Below are positions 7,485-19,566 of a stretch of DNA of 21,709 nucleotides, in pieces. The stretch comes from a virus (lineage: Duplodnaviria > Heunggongvirae > Uroviricota > Caudoviricetes). The translations under genes were made by a program, and so were the position numbers. Each line of letters begins with the position of its first letter. Position 1 is the stretch's first letter. The DNA is taken from the IMG/VR virus record IMGVR_UViG_2563366822_000014. One strand, written 5' to 3'. A model generated the notes under the pieces. That model saw only the letters and a program-made list of their open reading frames with translations, ran no database searches and was not told the origin of the DNA.

Positions 7485-7942
7485 ACAGAGTAACCGCGAT
7501 TATCTCCGCTCTGGTTATCTGCATCATCGTCTGCCTGTCATGGGCTGTTAATCATTACCGTGATAACGCCATTACCTATAAAGCCCAGCGCGACAAAAAT
7601 GCCAAAGAACTGAAGCTGGCGAACGCGGCAATTACTGACATGCAGATGCGTCAGCGTGATGTTGCTGCGCTCGATGCAAAATACACGAAGGAGTTAGCTG
7701 ATGCGAAAGCTGAAAATGATGCTCTGCGTGATGATGTTGCCGCTGGTCGTCGTCGGTTGCACATCAAAGCAGTCTGTCAGTCAGTGCGTGAAGCCACCAC
7801 CGCCTCCGGCGTGGATAATGCAGCCTCCCCCCGACTGGCAGACACCGCTGAACAGGATTATTTCACCCTCAGAGAGAGGCTGATCACTATGCAAAAACAA
7901 CTGGAAGGAACCCAGAAGTATATTAATGAGCAGCGCAGATAG
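7481..7942 (+). CDS. rzpD: i-spanin (Rz-like inner-membrane spanin)
   Basis: ATG at 7481 overlapping the rrrD stop; [55 protein letters not shown]... with N-terminal TM and coiled-coil periplasmic domain. Confidence 0.9.
   Translation: MNRVTAIISALVICIIVCLSWAVNHYRDNAITYKAQRDKNAKELKLANAAITDMQMRQRDVAALDAKYTKELADAKAENDALRDDVAAGRRRLHIKAVCQSVREATTASGVDNAASPRLADTAEQDYFTLRERLITMQKQLEGTQKYINEQRR
7701..7883 (+). CDS. rzoD: o-spanin (Rz1-like outer-membrane lipoprotein) embedded in +1 frame within rzpD
   Basis: 60-aa [23 protein letters not shown]|[40 protein letters not shown] with lipobox and proline-rich body, entirely inside the Rz gene in another frame. Confidence 0.85.
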   Translation: MRKLKMMLCVMMLPLVVVGCTSKQSVSQCVKPPPPPAWIMQPPPDWQTPLNRIISPSERG

Positions 7943-7943
7943 A

Positions 7944-7965
7944 GCTGCCCATATCGATGGGCAAC
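7944..7965. terminator. hairpin between convergent rzpD and borD
   Basis: Inverted repeat around tgcccat-atcg-atgggca (about 8-9 bp stem) in the 31-bp gap between the two convergent stops; no strong T-run, so it may be a bidirectional or stabilising structure. Confidence 0.4.
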
Positions 7966-7973
7966 TCATGCAA

Positions 7974-8267
7974 TTATTGTGAGCAATACACACGCGCTTC
8001 CAGCGGAGTATAAATGCCTAAAGTAATAAAACCGAGCAATCCATTTACGAATGTTTGCTGGGTTTCTGTTTTAACAACATTTTCTGCGCCGCCACAAATT
8101 TTGGCTGCATCAACAGTTTTCTCCTGTCCAATTCCCGAAACGAAGAAGTGATGGGTGATGGTTTCCTTTGGTGTTACTGCTGTCGGTTTGTTTCCAACAG
8201 TAAACGTCTGTTGAGCACATCCTGTAATAAGCATTGCCAGAGCGGCAGAAAACAACATTTTTTTCAT
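7974..8267 (-). CDS. borD: Bor lipoprotein (serum-resistance, Iss-family)
   Basis: ATG at 8267 gives 97 aa MKKMLFSAALAMLITGC|AQQTFTVGNKPTAVTPKETITHHFFVSGIGQEKTVDAAKICGGAENVVKTETQQTFVNGLLGFITLGIYTPLEARVYCSQ; lipobox; lambda-like position after the spanins on the opposite strand. The ORF-track start at 8315 is rejected. Confidence 0.9.
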   Translation of the reverse strand: MKKMLFSAALAMLITGCAQQTFTVGNKPTAVTPKETITHHFFVSGIGQEKTVDAAKICGGAENVVKTETQQTFVNGLLGFITLGIYTPLEARVYCSQ

Positions 8268-8627
8268 CTTATTATCCTGCATTGTTAAAAACGGCAGAAT
8301 CCTATGTGACAACAATTAAACGATAGTTAAATGGATTGATGAAAATTAAAACTATATAGGTGGATGCTCAGCCTATTGGAGGAGGGGGGGCACTCAGAAT
8401 CCTGTGGAATGAAATAAACCGCTCTATCTGTCCATTACCCTTTTAGCTGCGCTGTATCGTCGCCGTATTCCCGCATTAACCATGACCGTAGCCCGACGGG
8501 GAATTCCTTCTGCGTGAGTGTGCGGGAATAATCAAAAACGATGCACACCGGGTTTTACTGTGCTGACAGACGCAGGGTTACCCTCATAGTCGCTTTTCCG
8601 GTGCGATGGTGGAAGAAACCGGGATGT

Positions 8628-8822
8628 TCATCCATCATCACTTTGGATTGATGTATATGCTCTCTTTTCTGACGTTAGTCTCCGACGGCAGGCTTCAATG
8701 ACCCAGGCTGAGAAATTCCCAGACCCTTTTTGCTCAAGAGCGATGTTAATTTGTTCAATCATTTGGTTAGGAAAGCGGATGTTGCGGGTTGTTGTTCTGC
8801 GGGTTCTGTTCTTCGTTGACAT
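8628..8822 (-). CDS. small ribbon-helix-helix-like (Arc/MetJ/TraY-type) protein, 64 aa
   Basis: MSTKNRTRRTTTRNIRFPNQMIEQINIALEQKGSGNFSAWVIEACRRRLTSEKRAYTSIQSDDG: basic N-terminus, the pattern R..IRFP...IE.I compatible with a beta-strand-helix-helix DNA-binding fold; DNA matches my recollection of the extreme right end of lambda. Confidence 0.55.
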   Translation of the reverse strand: MSTKNRTRRTTTRNIRFPNQMIEQINIALEQKGSGNFSAWVIEACRRRLTSEKRAYTSIQSDDG

Positions 8823-9020
8823 GAGGTTGCCCCGTATTCAGTGTCGCTGATTTGTATTGTCTGAAGTTGTTTTTACGTTAAGTTGATGCAGATCAATTAA
8901 TACGATACCTGCGTCATAATTGATTATTTGACGTGGTTTGATGGCGTAGATGCACGTTGTGACATGTAGATGATAATTATTATCATTTTGCGGGTCCTTT
9001 CCGGCGATCCGACAGGTTAC

Positions 9021-9033
9021 GGGGCGGCGACCT
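9021..9033 (+). other. cosN (cohesive-end nicking site) of lambda-type cos
   Basis: Sequence ...cgacaggttacg|gggcggcgacct|cgcgggttttcgc; the lambda left cohesive end GGGCGGCGACCT preceded by the right-end ...GTTACG. Exact nick positions are +/- 1 bp because of an extra G. Confidence 0.85.
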
Positions 9034-9073
9034 CGCGGGTTTTCGCTATTTATGAAAATTTTCCGGTTTAAGG

Positions 9074-9187
9074 CGTTTCCGTTCTTCTTCGTCGTAACTT
9101 AATGTTTTTATTTAAAATACCCCCTGAAAAGAAAGGAAACGACAGGTGCTGAAAACGAACTTTTGGGCCTTTGTCGTTTCCTTTCTC
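9074..9187 (+). promoter_or_regulatory. cosB: three gpNu1 binding repeats (R3, R2 inverted, R1)
   Basis: CGTTTCCGTTCT at 9074-9085 (R3), CGTTTCCTTTC on the opposite strand at 9131-9141 (R2), CGTTTCCTTTCTC at 9175-9187 (R1); spacing and orientation as I recall for lambda cosB. Confidence 0.8.
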
Positions 9188-9210
9188 TGTTTTTGGCCGT
9201 GGAATGAACA

Positions 9211-9730
9211 ATGGAAGTCAACAAAAAGCAGCTGGCTGACATTTTCGGTGCGAGTATCCGTACCATTCAGAACTGGCAGGAACAGGGAATGCCCGTTCTG
9301 CGAGGCGGTGGCAAGGGTAATGAGGTGCTTTATGACTCTGCCGCCGTTATAAGATGGTATGCCGAAAGGGATGCTGAAATTGAGAACGAAAAGCTGCGCC
9401 GGGAAGTTGAAGAACTGCGGCAGGCCAGCGAGACAGATCTCCAGCCAGGGACTATTGAGTACGAACGCCATCGACTTACGCGTGCGCAGGCCGACGCACA
9501 GGAGCTGAAAAATGCCAGAGACTCCGCTGAAGTGGTGGAAACCGCATTCTGTACTTTCGTGCTGTCGCGGATCGCAGGTGAAATTGCCAGTATTCTCGAC
9601 GGGATCCCCCTGTCGGTGCAGCGGCGTTTTCCGGAACTGGAAAACCGACATGTTGATTTCCTGAAACGGGATATCATCAAAGCCATGAACAAAGCAGCCG
9701 CGCTGGATGAACTGATACCGGGGTTGCTGA

Positions 9731-9756
<26 letters not shown>
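9211..9756 (+). CDS. nu1: terminase small subunit gpNu1
   Basis: 181-aa ORF MEVNKKQLADIFGASIRTIQNWQEQGMPVLRGGGKGNEVLYDSAAVIRWYAERD...; winged-HTH N-terminus; recognised as lambda Nu1, starting about 190 bp after cosN. Confidence 0.95.
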
Positions 9757-13437
<3,681 letters not shown>

Positions 13438-13457
<20 letters not shown>

Positions 13458-14757
13458 TCTCCCTCATATTGCCAGCATGGCCTTTAATGAGCCGCTGATG
13501 CTTGAACCCGCCTATGCGCGGGTTTTCTTTTGTGCGCTTGCAGGCCAGCTTGGGATCAGCCGCCTTACGGATGCGGTGTCCGGTGACAGCCTGGCTGCCG
13601 GAGAGGCACCCGCGACGCTGGCGTTATCCGGTGATGATGACGGACCACGACAGGCCCGCAGTTATCAGGTCATGAACGGCATCGCCGTGCTGCCGGTGTC
13701 CGGCACGCTGGTCAGCCGGACGCGGGCGCTGCAGCCGTATTCGGGGATGACCGGTTACAACGGCATTATCGCCCGTCTGCAACAGGCTGCCAGCGATCCG
13801 ATGGTGGACGGCATTCTGCTCGATATGGACACGCCAGGCGGGATGGTGGCGGGGGCATTTGACTGCGCTGACATCATCGCCCGTGTGCGTGACATAAAAC
13901 CGGTATGGGCGCTGGCCAACGACATGAACTGCAGTGCAGGTCAGTTGCTTGCCAGTGCCGCCTCCCGGCGTCTGGTCACGCAGACCGCCCGGACAGGCTC
14001 CATCGGCGTCATGATGGCTCACAGTAATTACGGTGCTGCGCTGGAGAAACAGGGTGTGGAAATCACGCTGATTTACAGCGGCAGCCATAAGGTGGATGGC
14101 AACCCCTACAGCCATCTTCCGGATGACGTCCGGGAGACACTGCAGTCCCGGATGGACGCAACCCGCCAGATGTTTGCGCAGAAGGTGTCGGCATATACCG
14201 GCCTGTCTGTGCAGGCTGTGCTGGATACAGAGGCTGCAGTGTACAGCGGTCAGGAGGCCATTGATGCCGGACTGGCTGATGAACTTATTAACAGCACCGA
14301 TGCGATCACCGTCATGCGTGATGCACTGGATGCACGTAAATCCCGTCTCTCAGGAGGGCGAATGACCAAAGAGACTCAATCAACAACTGTTTCAGCCACT
14401 GCTTCGCAGGCTGACGTTACTGACGTGGTGCCAGCGACGGAGGGCGAAAACGCCAGCGCGGCGCAGCCGGACGTGAACGCGCAGATCACCGCTGCGGTTG
14501 CGGCAGAAAACAGCCGCATTATGGGGATCCTCAACTGTGAGGAGGCTCACGGACGTGAAGAACAGGCACGCGTGCTGGCCGAAACCCCCGGTATGACCGT
14601 GGAAACGGCCCGCCGCATTCTGGCAGCTGCACCACAGAGTGCACAGGCGCGCAGTGACACTGCGCTGGATCGTCTGATGCAGGGGGCACCGGCACCGCTG
14701 GCTGCAGGTAACCCGGCATCTGATGCCGTTAACGATTTGCTGAACACACCAGTGTAA
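13438..14757 (+). CDS. C: head maturation protease / minor capsid protein gpC (ClpP/SppA-like fold)
   Basis: GTG at 13438 gives MTAELRNLPHIASMAFNEPLMLEPAYARVFFCALAGQ... (439 aa); overlaps the B 3' end by 20 nt. The ORF-track start at 13303 is an in-frame upstream extension and is rejected. Confidence 0.9.
14152..14757 (+). CDS. nu3: scaffolding protein gpNu3, in-frame internal start within C
   Basis: ATG at 14152 is in the C frame (MDATRQMFAQKVSAYTGLSVQ...), giving 201 aa sharing the C-terminus of gpC, as in lambda's nested C/Nu3 arrangement. The internal initiation is inferred from lambda, not shown by the sequence. Confidence 0.7.
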   Translation: MDATRQMFAQKVSAYTGLSVQAVLDTEAAVYSGQEAIDAGLADELINSTDAITVMRDALDARKSRLSGGRMTKETQSTTVSATASQADVTDVVPATEGENASAAQPDVNAQITAAVAAENSRIMGILNCEEAHGREEQARVLAETPGMTVETARRILAAAPQSAQARSDTALDRLMQGAPAPLAAGNPASDAVNDLLNTPV

Positions 14758-14766
14758 GGGATGTTT

Positions 14767-15099
14767 ATGACGAGCAAAGAAACCTTTACCCATTACCAGC
14801 CGCTGGGCAACAGTGACCCGGCACATACGGCAACCGCGCCCGGCGGATTGAGTGCGAAAGCGCCTGCAATGACCCCGCTGATGCTGGATACCTCCACCCG
14901 TAAGCTGGTTGCGTGGGATGGCACCACCGACGGTGCTGCCGTTGGCATTCTGGCGGTTGATGCTGACCAGACCAGCACCACGCTGACGTTCTACAAGTCC
15001 GGCACGTTCCGTTATGAGGATGTGCTCTGGCCGGAGGCTGCCAGCGACGAGACGAAAAAACGGACCGCGTTTGCCGGAACGGCAATCAGCATCGTTTAA
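14767..15099 (+). CDS. D: head decoration protein gpD
   Basis: ATG at 14767: [64 protein letters not shown]... (110 aa). The ORF-track start at 14761 adds two codons. Confidence 0.95.
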   Translation: MTSKETFTHYQPLGNSDPAHTATAPGGLSAKAPAMTPLMLDTSTRKLVAWDGTTDGAAVGILAVDADQTSTTLTFYKSGTFRYEDVLWPEAASDETKKRTAFAGTAISIV

Positions 15100-15119
15100 C
15101 TTTACCCTTCATCACTAAA

Positions 15120-15141
15120 GGCCGCCTGTGCGGCTTTTTTT
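15120..15141 (+). terminator. terminator-like GC hairpin plus T7 run between D and E
   Basis: GCCGC-ctgt-GCGGC stem-loop (15121-15134) followed immediately by TTTTTTT (15135-15141), flanked by AAAG, about 20 nt before the E start. Confidence 0.5.
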
Positions 15142-15154
15142 ACGGGATTTTTTT

Positions 15155-16180
15155 ATGTCGATGTACACAACCGCCCAGCTGCTGGCGGCAAATGAGAAGA
15201 AATTTAAGTTTGATCCGCTGTTTCTGCGTCTCTTTTTCCGTGAGAGCTATCCCTTCACCACGGAGAAAGTCTATCTCTCACAAATTCCGGGACTGGTAAA
15301 CATGGCGCTGTACGTTTCGCCGATTGTTTCCGGTGAGGTTATCCGCTCCCGTGGCGGCTCCACCTCTGAATTTACACCGGGATATGTCAAACCCAAGCAT
15401 GAGGTGAATCCGCAGATGACCCTGCGTCGCCTGCCGGATGAAGATCCACAGAATCTGGCGGACCCGGCTTACCGCCGCCGTCGCATCATCCTGCAGAACA
15501 TGCGAGACGAAGAGCTGGCCATTGCTCAGGTCGAAGAGATGCAGGCAGTTTCTGCCGTGCTTAAGGGCAAATACACCATGACCGGTGAAGCCTTCGATCC
15601 GGTTGAAGTGGATATGGGCCGCAGTGTGGCGAACAACATCACGCAGTCCGGCGGTACGGAGTGGAGCAAGCGTGACAAGTCCACGTATGACCCGACCGAC
15701 GATATCGAAGCCTACGCGCTGAACGCCAGCGGTGTGGTGAATATCATCGTGTTTGATCCGAAAGGCTGGGCGCTGTTCCGTTCCTTCAAAGCCGTCAGGG
15801 AGAAGCTGGATACCCGTCGCGGCTCTAATTCCGAGCTGGAGACAGCGGTAAAAGACCTGGGCGAAGCGGTGTCCTATAAGGGGATGTATGGCGATACGGC
15901 GATCGTCGTGTATTCCGGACAGTATGTGGAAAACGACGTCAAAAAGAACTTCCTGCCGGACAACACGATGGTGCTGGGAAACACTCAGGCACGCGGTCTG
16001 CGCACCTATGGCTGCATTCAGGATGCGGACGCACAGCGCGAAGGTATTAACGCCTCTGCCCGCTACCCGAAAAACTGGGTGACCACCGGCGATCCGGCGC
16101 GTGAGTTCACCATGATTCAGTCAGCACCGCTGATGCTGCTGGCTGACCCTGATGCGTTCGTGTCCGTACAACTGGCGTAA
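15155..16180 (+). CDS. E: major capsid protein gpE
   Basis: ATG at 15155: MSMYTTAQLLAANEKKFKFDPLFLRLFFRESYPFTTEKVYLSQIPGLVNMALYVSPIVSGE... (341 aa); recognised as lambda gpE. The ORF-track start at 15128 is rejected. Confidence 0.97.
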   Translation: MSMYTTAQLLAANEKKFKFDPLFLRLFFRESYPFTTEKVYLSQIPGLVNMALYVSPIVSGEVIRSRGGSTSEFTPGYVKPKHEVNPQMTLRRLPDEDPQNLADPAYRRRRIILQNMRDEELAIAQVEEMQAVSAVLKGKYTMTGEAFDPVEVDMGRSVANNITQSGGTEWSKRDKSTYDPTDDIEAYALNASGVVNIIVFDPKGWALFRSFKAVREKLDTRRGSNSELETAVKDLGEAVSYKGMYGDTAIVVYSGQYVENDVKKNFLPDNTMVLGNTQARGLRTYGCIQDADAQREGINASARYPKNWVTTGDPAREFTMIQSAPLMLLADPDAFVSVQLA

Positions 16181-16221
16181 TCATGGCCCTTCGGGGCCAT
16201 TTTCTCTCTGTGGAGGAGTCC

Positions 16222-16617
16222 ATGACGAAAGATGAACTGATTGCCCGTCTTCAGGTGCTGGGTGAGCAACTGAACCGTGATGTCAGCCTGACGGGGACGA
16301 AAGAAGAACTGGTGCTCCGTGTGGCAGAGCTGGAAGAGGAGCTTGATGACACGGATGACGCTGCCGGTCAGGACACATCTGTCAGCCCGGAAAATGCGCT
16401 GACCGGACATGAAAATGAGGTGGTATCAGCGCAGCCGGATACCGTGATTGATACGGCTGCTCTGGTCACGGTCGTGGCACTGGTGACGCTGCATACTGAT
16501 GCACTTCACGCCACGCGGGATGAGCCTGTGGCATTTGTGCTGCCGGGAACGGCGTTTCGTGTCTCTGCCGGTGTGGCAGCCGAAATGACAGAACATGGCC
16601 TGGCCAGAATGCAATAA
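16222..16617 (+). CDS. FI: DNA-packaging accessory protein gpFI
   Basis: ATG at 16222: MTKDELIARLQVLGEQLNRDVSLTGTKEELVLRVAELEEELDDTDDAAGQDTSVSPENALTGHENEV... (131 aa). Confidence 0.9.
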   Translation: MTKDELIARLQVLGEQLNRDVSLTGTKEELVLRVAELEEELDDTDDAAGQDTSVSPENALTGHENEVVSAQPDTVIDTAALVTVVALVTLHTDALHATRDEPVAFVLPGTAFRVSAGVAAEMTEHGLARMQ

Positions 16618-16628
16618 CGGGAGGCGCT

Positions 16629-16982
16629 GTGGCTGATTCCGATAACCTGTTCGATGCTGCCATTGCCCGCGCCGATGAAACGATACGCGGGTACATGGGA
16701 ACGTCAGCCACCATGACATCCGGTGAGCTGTCCGGTGCTGTGATACGTGGTGTTTTTGATGACCCTGAAAATATCAGCTATGCCGGACAGGGGGTGCGCG
16801 TTGAAGGCTCCAGCCCGTCCCTGTTTGTCCGGACTGATGATGTGCGGCAGCTGCGGCGCGGCGACACGCTGACCATCGGTGAGGAAAACTTCTGGGTGGA
16901 CCGGATTTCGCCGGATGATGGCGGAAGCTGTCATCTCTGGCTTGGGCGGGGCGTACCGCCTGCCGTTAACCGTCGCCGCTGA
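16629..16982 (+). CDS. FII: head completion / head-tail connector protein gpFII
   Basis: 117-aa ORF MADSDNLFDAAIARADETIRGYMGTSATMTSGELSGAVIRGVFDDPENISYAGQGVRVEGSSPSLFVRTDD... Confidence 0.92.
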   Translation: MADSDNLFDAAIARADETIRGYMGTSATMTSGELSGAVIRGVFDDPENISYAGQGVRVEGSSPSLFVRTDDVRQLRRGDTLTIGEENFWVDRISPDDGGSCHLWLGRGVPPAVNRRR

Positions 16983-16993
16983 AAGGGGGATGT

Positions 16994-17572
16994 ATGGCCA
17001 TAAAAGGTCTTGAGCAGGCCGTTGAAAACCTCAGCCGTATCAGCAGAACGGCGGTGCCCGGTGCCGCCGCAATGGCCATTAACCGCGTTGCTTCATCCGC
17101 GATATCGCAGTCGGCGTCACAGGTTGCCCGTGAGACAAAGGTACGCCGGAAACTGGTAAAGGAAAGGGCCAGGCTGAAAAGGGCCACGGTCAAAAATCCG
17201 CAGGCCAGAATCAAGGTTAACCGGGGGGATTTGCCCGTAATAAAGCTGGGTAACGTGCGGATTGTCCTGTCCCGACGCAGGCGTCGTAAAAAGGGGCAGC
17301 GTTCAGCCCTGAAAGGTGGCGGCAGCGTGCTTGTGGTGGGAAACCGTCGTATTCCCGGCGCGTTTATTCAGCAACTGAAAAATGGCCGCTGGCATGTCAT
17401 GCAGCGTGTGGCCGGGAAAAACCGTTACCCCATTGATGTGGTGAAAATCCCGATGGCGGTGCCGCTGACCACGGCGTTTAAACAGAATATTGAGCGGATA
17501 CGGCGTGAGCGTCTTCCGAAAGAGCTGGGCTATGCGCTGCAGCATCAACTGAGGATGGTAATAAAGCGATGA
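16994..17572 (+). CDS. Z: tail completion protein gpZ
   Basis: 192-aa ORF MAIKGLEQAVENLSRISRTAVPGAAAMAINRVASSAISQSASQVARETKVRRKLV... Confidence 0.9.
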   Translation: MAIKGLEQAVENLSRISRTAVPGAAAMAINRVASSAISQSASQVARETKVRRKLVKERARLKRATVKNPQARIKVNRGDLPVIKLGNVRIVLSRRRRRKKGQRSALKGGGSVLVVGNRRIPGAFIQQLKNGRWHVMQRVAGKNRYPIDVVKIPMAVPLTTAFKQNIERIRRERLPKELGYALQHQLRMVIKR

Positions 17573-17964
17573 AACATACTGAACTCCGTGCAGCCGTACT
17601 GGATGCACTGGAGAAGCATGACACCGGGGCGACGTTTTTTGATGGTCGCCCCGCTGTTTTTGATGAGGCGGATTTTCCGGCAATTGCCGTTTATCTCACC
17701 GGCGCTGAATACACGGGCGAAGAGCTGGACAGCGATACCTGGCAGGCGGAGCTGCATATTGAAGTTTTCCTGCCTGCTCAGGTGCCGGATTCAGAGCTGG
17801 ATTCGTGGATGGAGTCCCGGATTTATCCGGTGATGAGCGATATCCCGGCACTGTCAGATTTGATCACCAGTATGGTGGCCAGTGGCTATGACTACCGGCG
17901 CGACGATGATGCGGGCCTGTGGAGTTCTGCCGATCTGACGTATGTCATTACCTATGAAATGTGA
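17569..17964 (+). CDS. U: tail terminator protein gpU
   Basis: 131-aa [74 protein letters not shown]...; start overlaps the Z stop. Confidence 0.92.
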   Translation: MKHTELRAAVLDALEKHDTGATFFDGRPAVFDEADFPAIAVYLTGAEYTGEELDSDTWQAELHIEVFLPAQVPDSELDSWMESRIYPVMSDIPALSDLITSMVASGYDYRRDDDAGLWSSADLTYVITYEM

Positions 17965-17971
17965 GGACGCT

Positions 17972-18712
17972 ATGCCTGTACCAAATCCTGTAATGCCGGT
18001 GAAAGGTGCCGGGACCACCCTGTGGGTTTATAAGGGGAGCGGTGACCCTTATGCGAACCCGCTTTCAGACGTTGACTGGTCGCGTCTGGCAAAAGTTAAA
18101 GACCTGACGCCCGGCGAACTGACCGCTGAGTCCTATGACGACAGCTATCTCGATGATGAAGATGCAGACTGGACTGCGACCGGGCAGGGGCAGAAATCTG
18201 CCGGAGATACCAGCTTCACGCTGGCGTGGATGCCCGGAGAGCAGGGGCAGCAGGCGCTGCTGGCGTGGTTTAATGAAGGTGATACCCGTGCCTATAAAAT
18301 CCGCTTCCCGAACGGCACGGTCGATGTGTTCCGCGGCTGGGTCAGCAGTATCGGTAAGGCGGTGACGGCGAAGGAAGTGATTACCCGCACGGTGAAAGTC
18401 ACCAACGTAGGACGTCCGTCGATGGCAGAAGATCGCAGCACGGTAACAGCGGCAACCGGCATGACCGTGACGCCTGCCAGCACCTCGGTGGTGAAAGGGC
18501 AGAGCACGACGCTGACCGTGGCATTCCAGCCGGAAGGCGCAACCGACAAGAGCTTCCGTGCGGTGTCTGCGGATAAAACAAAAGCCACCGTGTCGGTCAG
18601 TGGTATGACCATCACCGTGAAAGGTGTTGCTGCAGGCAAGGTCAACATTCCGGTCGTATCCGGTAATGGTGAGTTTGCTGCGGTTGCAGAAATCAACGTC
18701 ACCGCCAGTTAA
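17972..18712 (+). CDS. V: major tail tube protein gpV (with C-terminal Ig-like domain)
   Basis: ATG at 17972: [57 protein letters not shown]... (246 aa). The ORF-track start at 17942 is rejected. Confidence 0.95.
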   Translation: MPVPNPVMPVKGAGTTLWVYKGSGDPYANPLSDVDWSRLAKVKDLTPGELTAESYDDSYLDDEDADWTATGQGQKSAGDTSFTLAWMPGEQGQQALLAWFNEGDTRAYKIRFPNGTVDVFRGWVSSIGKAVTAKEVITRTVKVTNVGRPSMAEDRSTVTAATGMTVTPASTSVVKGQSTTLTVAFQPEGATDKSFRAVSADKTKATVSVSGMTITVKGVAAGKVNIPVVSGNGEFAAVAEINVTAS

Positions 18713-18727
18713 TCCGGAGAGTCAGCG

Positions 18728-19150
18728 ATGTTCCTGAAAACCGAATCATTTGAACATAACGGTGTGACCGTCACGCTTTCTGAACTGTCAGCCCTGCAGC
18801 GTATTGAGCATCTCGCCCTGATGAAACGACAGGCAGAACAGGCGGAGTCAGACAGCAACCGGAAGTTTACTGTGGAAGACGCCATCAGAACCGGCGCTTT
18901 TGTGGTGGCGATGTCCCTGTGGCATAACCATCCGCAGAAGACAAAGCTGCCTTCTATGAATGAAGCCGTTAAACAGATTGAGCAGGAAGTGCTTACCACC
19001 TGGCCCACGGAGGCAATTTCTCATGCTGAAAACGTGGTGTACCGGCTGTCCGGTATGTATGAGTTTGTGGTGAATGATGCTCCTGAACAGACAGAGGACG
19101 CCGGGCCTGCAGAGCCTGTTTCTGCGGGAAAGTGTTCGACGGTGAGCTGA
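18728..19150 (+). CDS. G: tail assembly chaperone gpG
   Basis: 140-aa ORF MFLKTESFEHNGVTVTLSELSALQRIEHLALMKRQAEQAESDSNRKFTVEDAIRTGAFVVAMSLWHNHPQK... Confidence 0.92.
   Translation: MFLKTESFEHNGVTVTLSELSALQRIEHLALMKRQAEQAESDSNRKFTVEDAIRTGAFVVAMSLWHNHPQKTKLPSMNEAVKQIEQEVLTTWPTEAISHAENVVYRLSGMYEFVVNDAPEQTEDAGPAEPVSAGKCSTVS
19126..19132 (+). other. programmed -1 frameshift slippery heptamer G GGA AAG producing the gpG-T fusion
   Basis: GGGAAAG at 19126-19132, in the G frame as G.GGA.AAG; a -1 slip puts ribosomes in the T frame (ORF 19132-19566), 20 nt before the G stop. Confidence 0.85.
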
Positions 19151-19566
19151 GTTTTGCCCTGAAACTGGCGCGAGAGATGGGGCGACCCGACTGGCGTGCC
19201 ATGCTTGCCGGGATGTCATCCACGGAGTATGCCGACTGGCACCGCTTTTACAGTACCCATTATTTTCATGATGTTCTGCTGGATATGCACTTTTCCGGGC
19301 TGACGTACACCGTGCTCAGCCTGTTTTTCAGCGATCCGGATATGCATCCGCTGGATTTCAGTCTGCTGAACCGGCGCGAGGCTGACGAAGAGCCTGAAGA
19401 TGATGTGCTGATGCAGAAAGCGGCAGGGCTTGCCGGAGGCGTTCGTTTTGGCCCGGACGGGAATGAAGTTATCCCCGCTTCCCCGGATGTGGCGGACATG
19501 ACGGAGGATGACGTAATGCTGATGACAGTATCAGAAGGGATCGCAGGAGGAGTCCGGTATGGCTGA
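19132..19566 (+). CDS. T: gpT portion of tail assembly chaperone (expressed only as G-T fusion via -1 frameshift)
   Basis: 144-aa -1 frame ORF overlapping the G 3' end, ...ELSFALKLAREMGRPDWRAMLAGMSSTEYADWHRFYSTHYFHDVLLDMHF...; no independent RBS is expected. Confidence 0.85.
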   Translation: MFDGELSFALKLAREMGRPDWRAMLAGMSSTEYADWHRFYSTHYFHDVLLDMHFSGLTYTVLSLFFSDPDMHPLDFSLLNRREADEEPEDDVLMQKAAGLAGGVRFGPDGNEVIPASPDVADMTEDDVMLMTVSEGIAGGVRYG

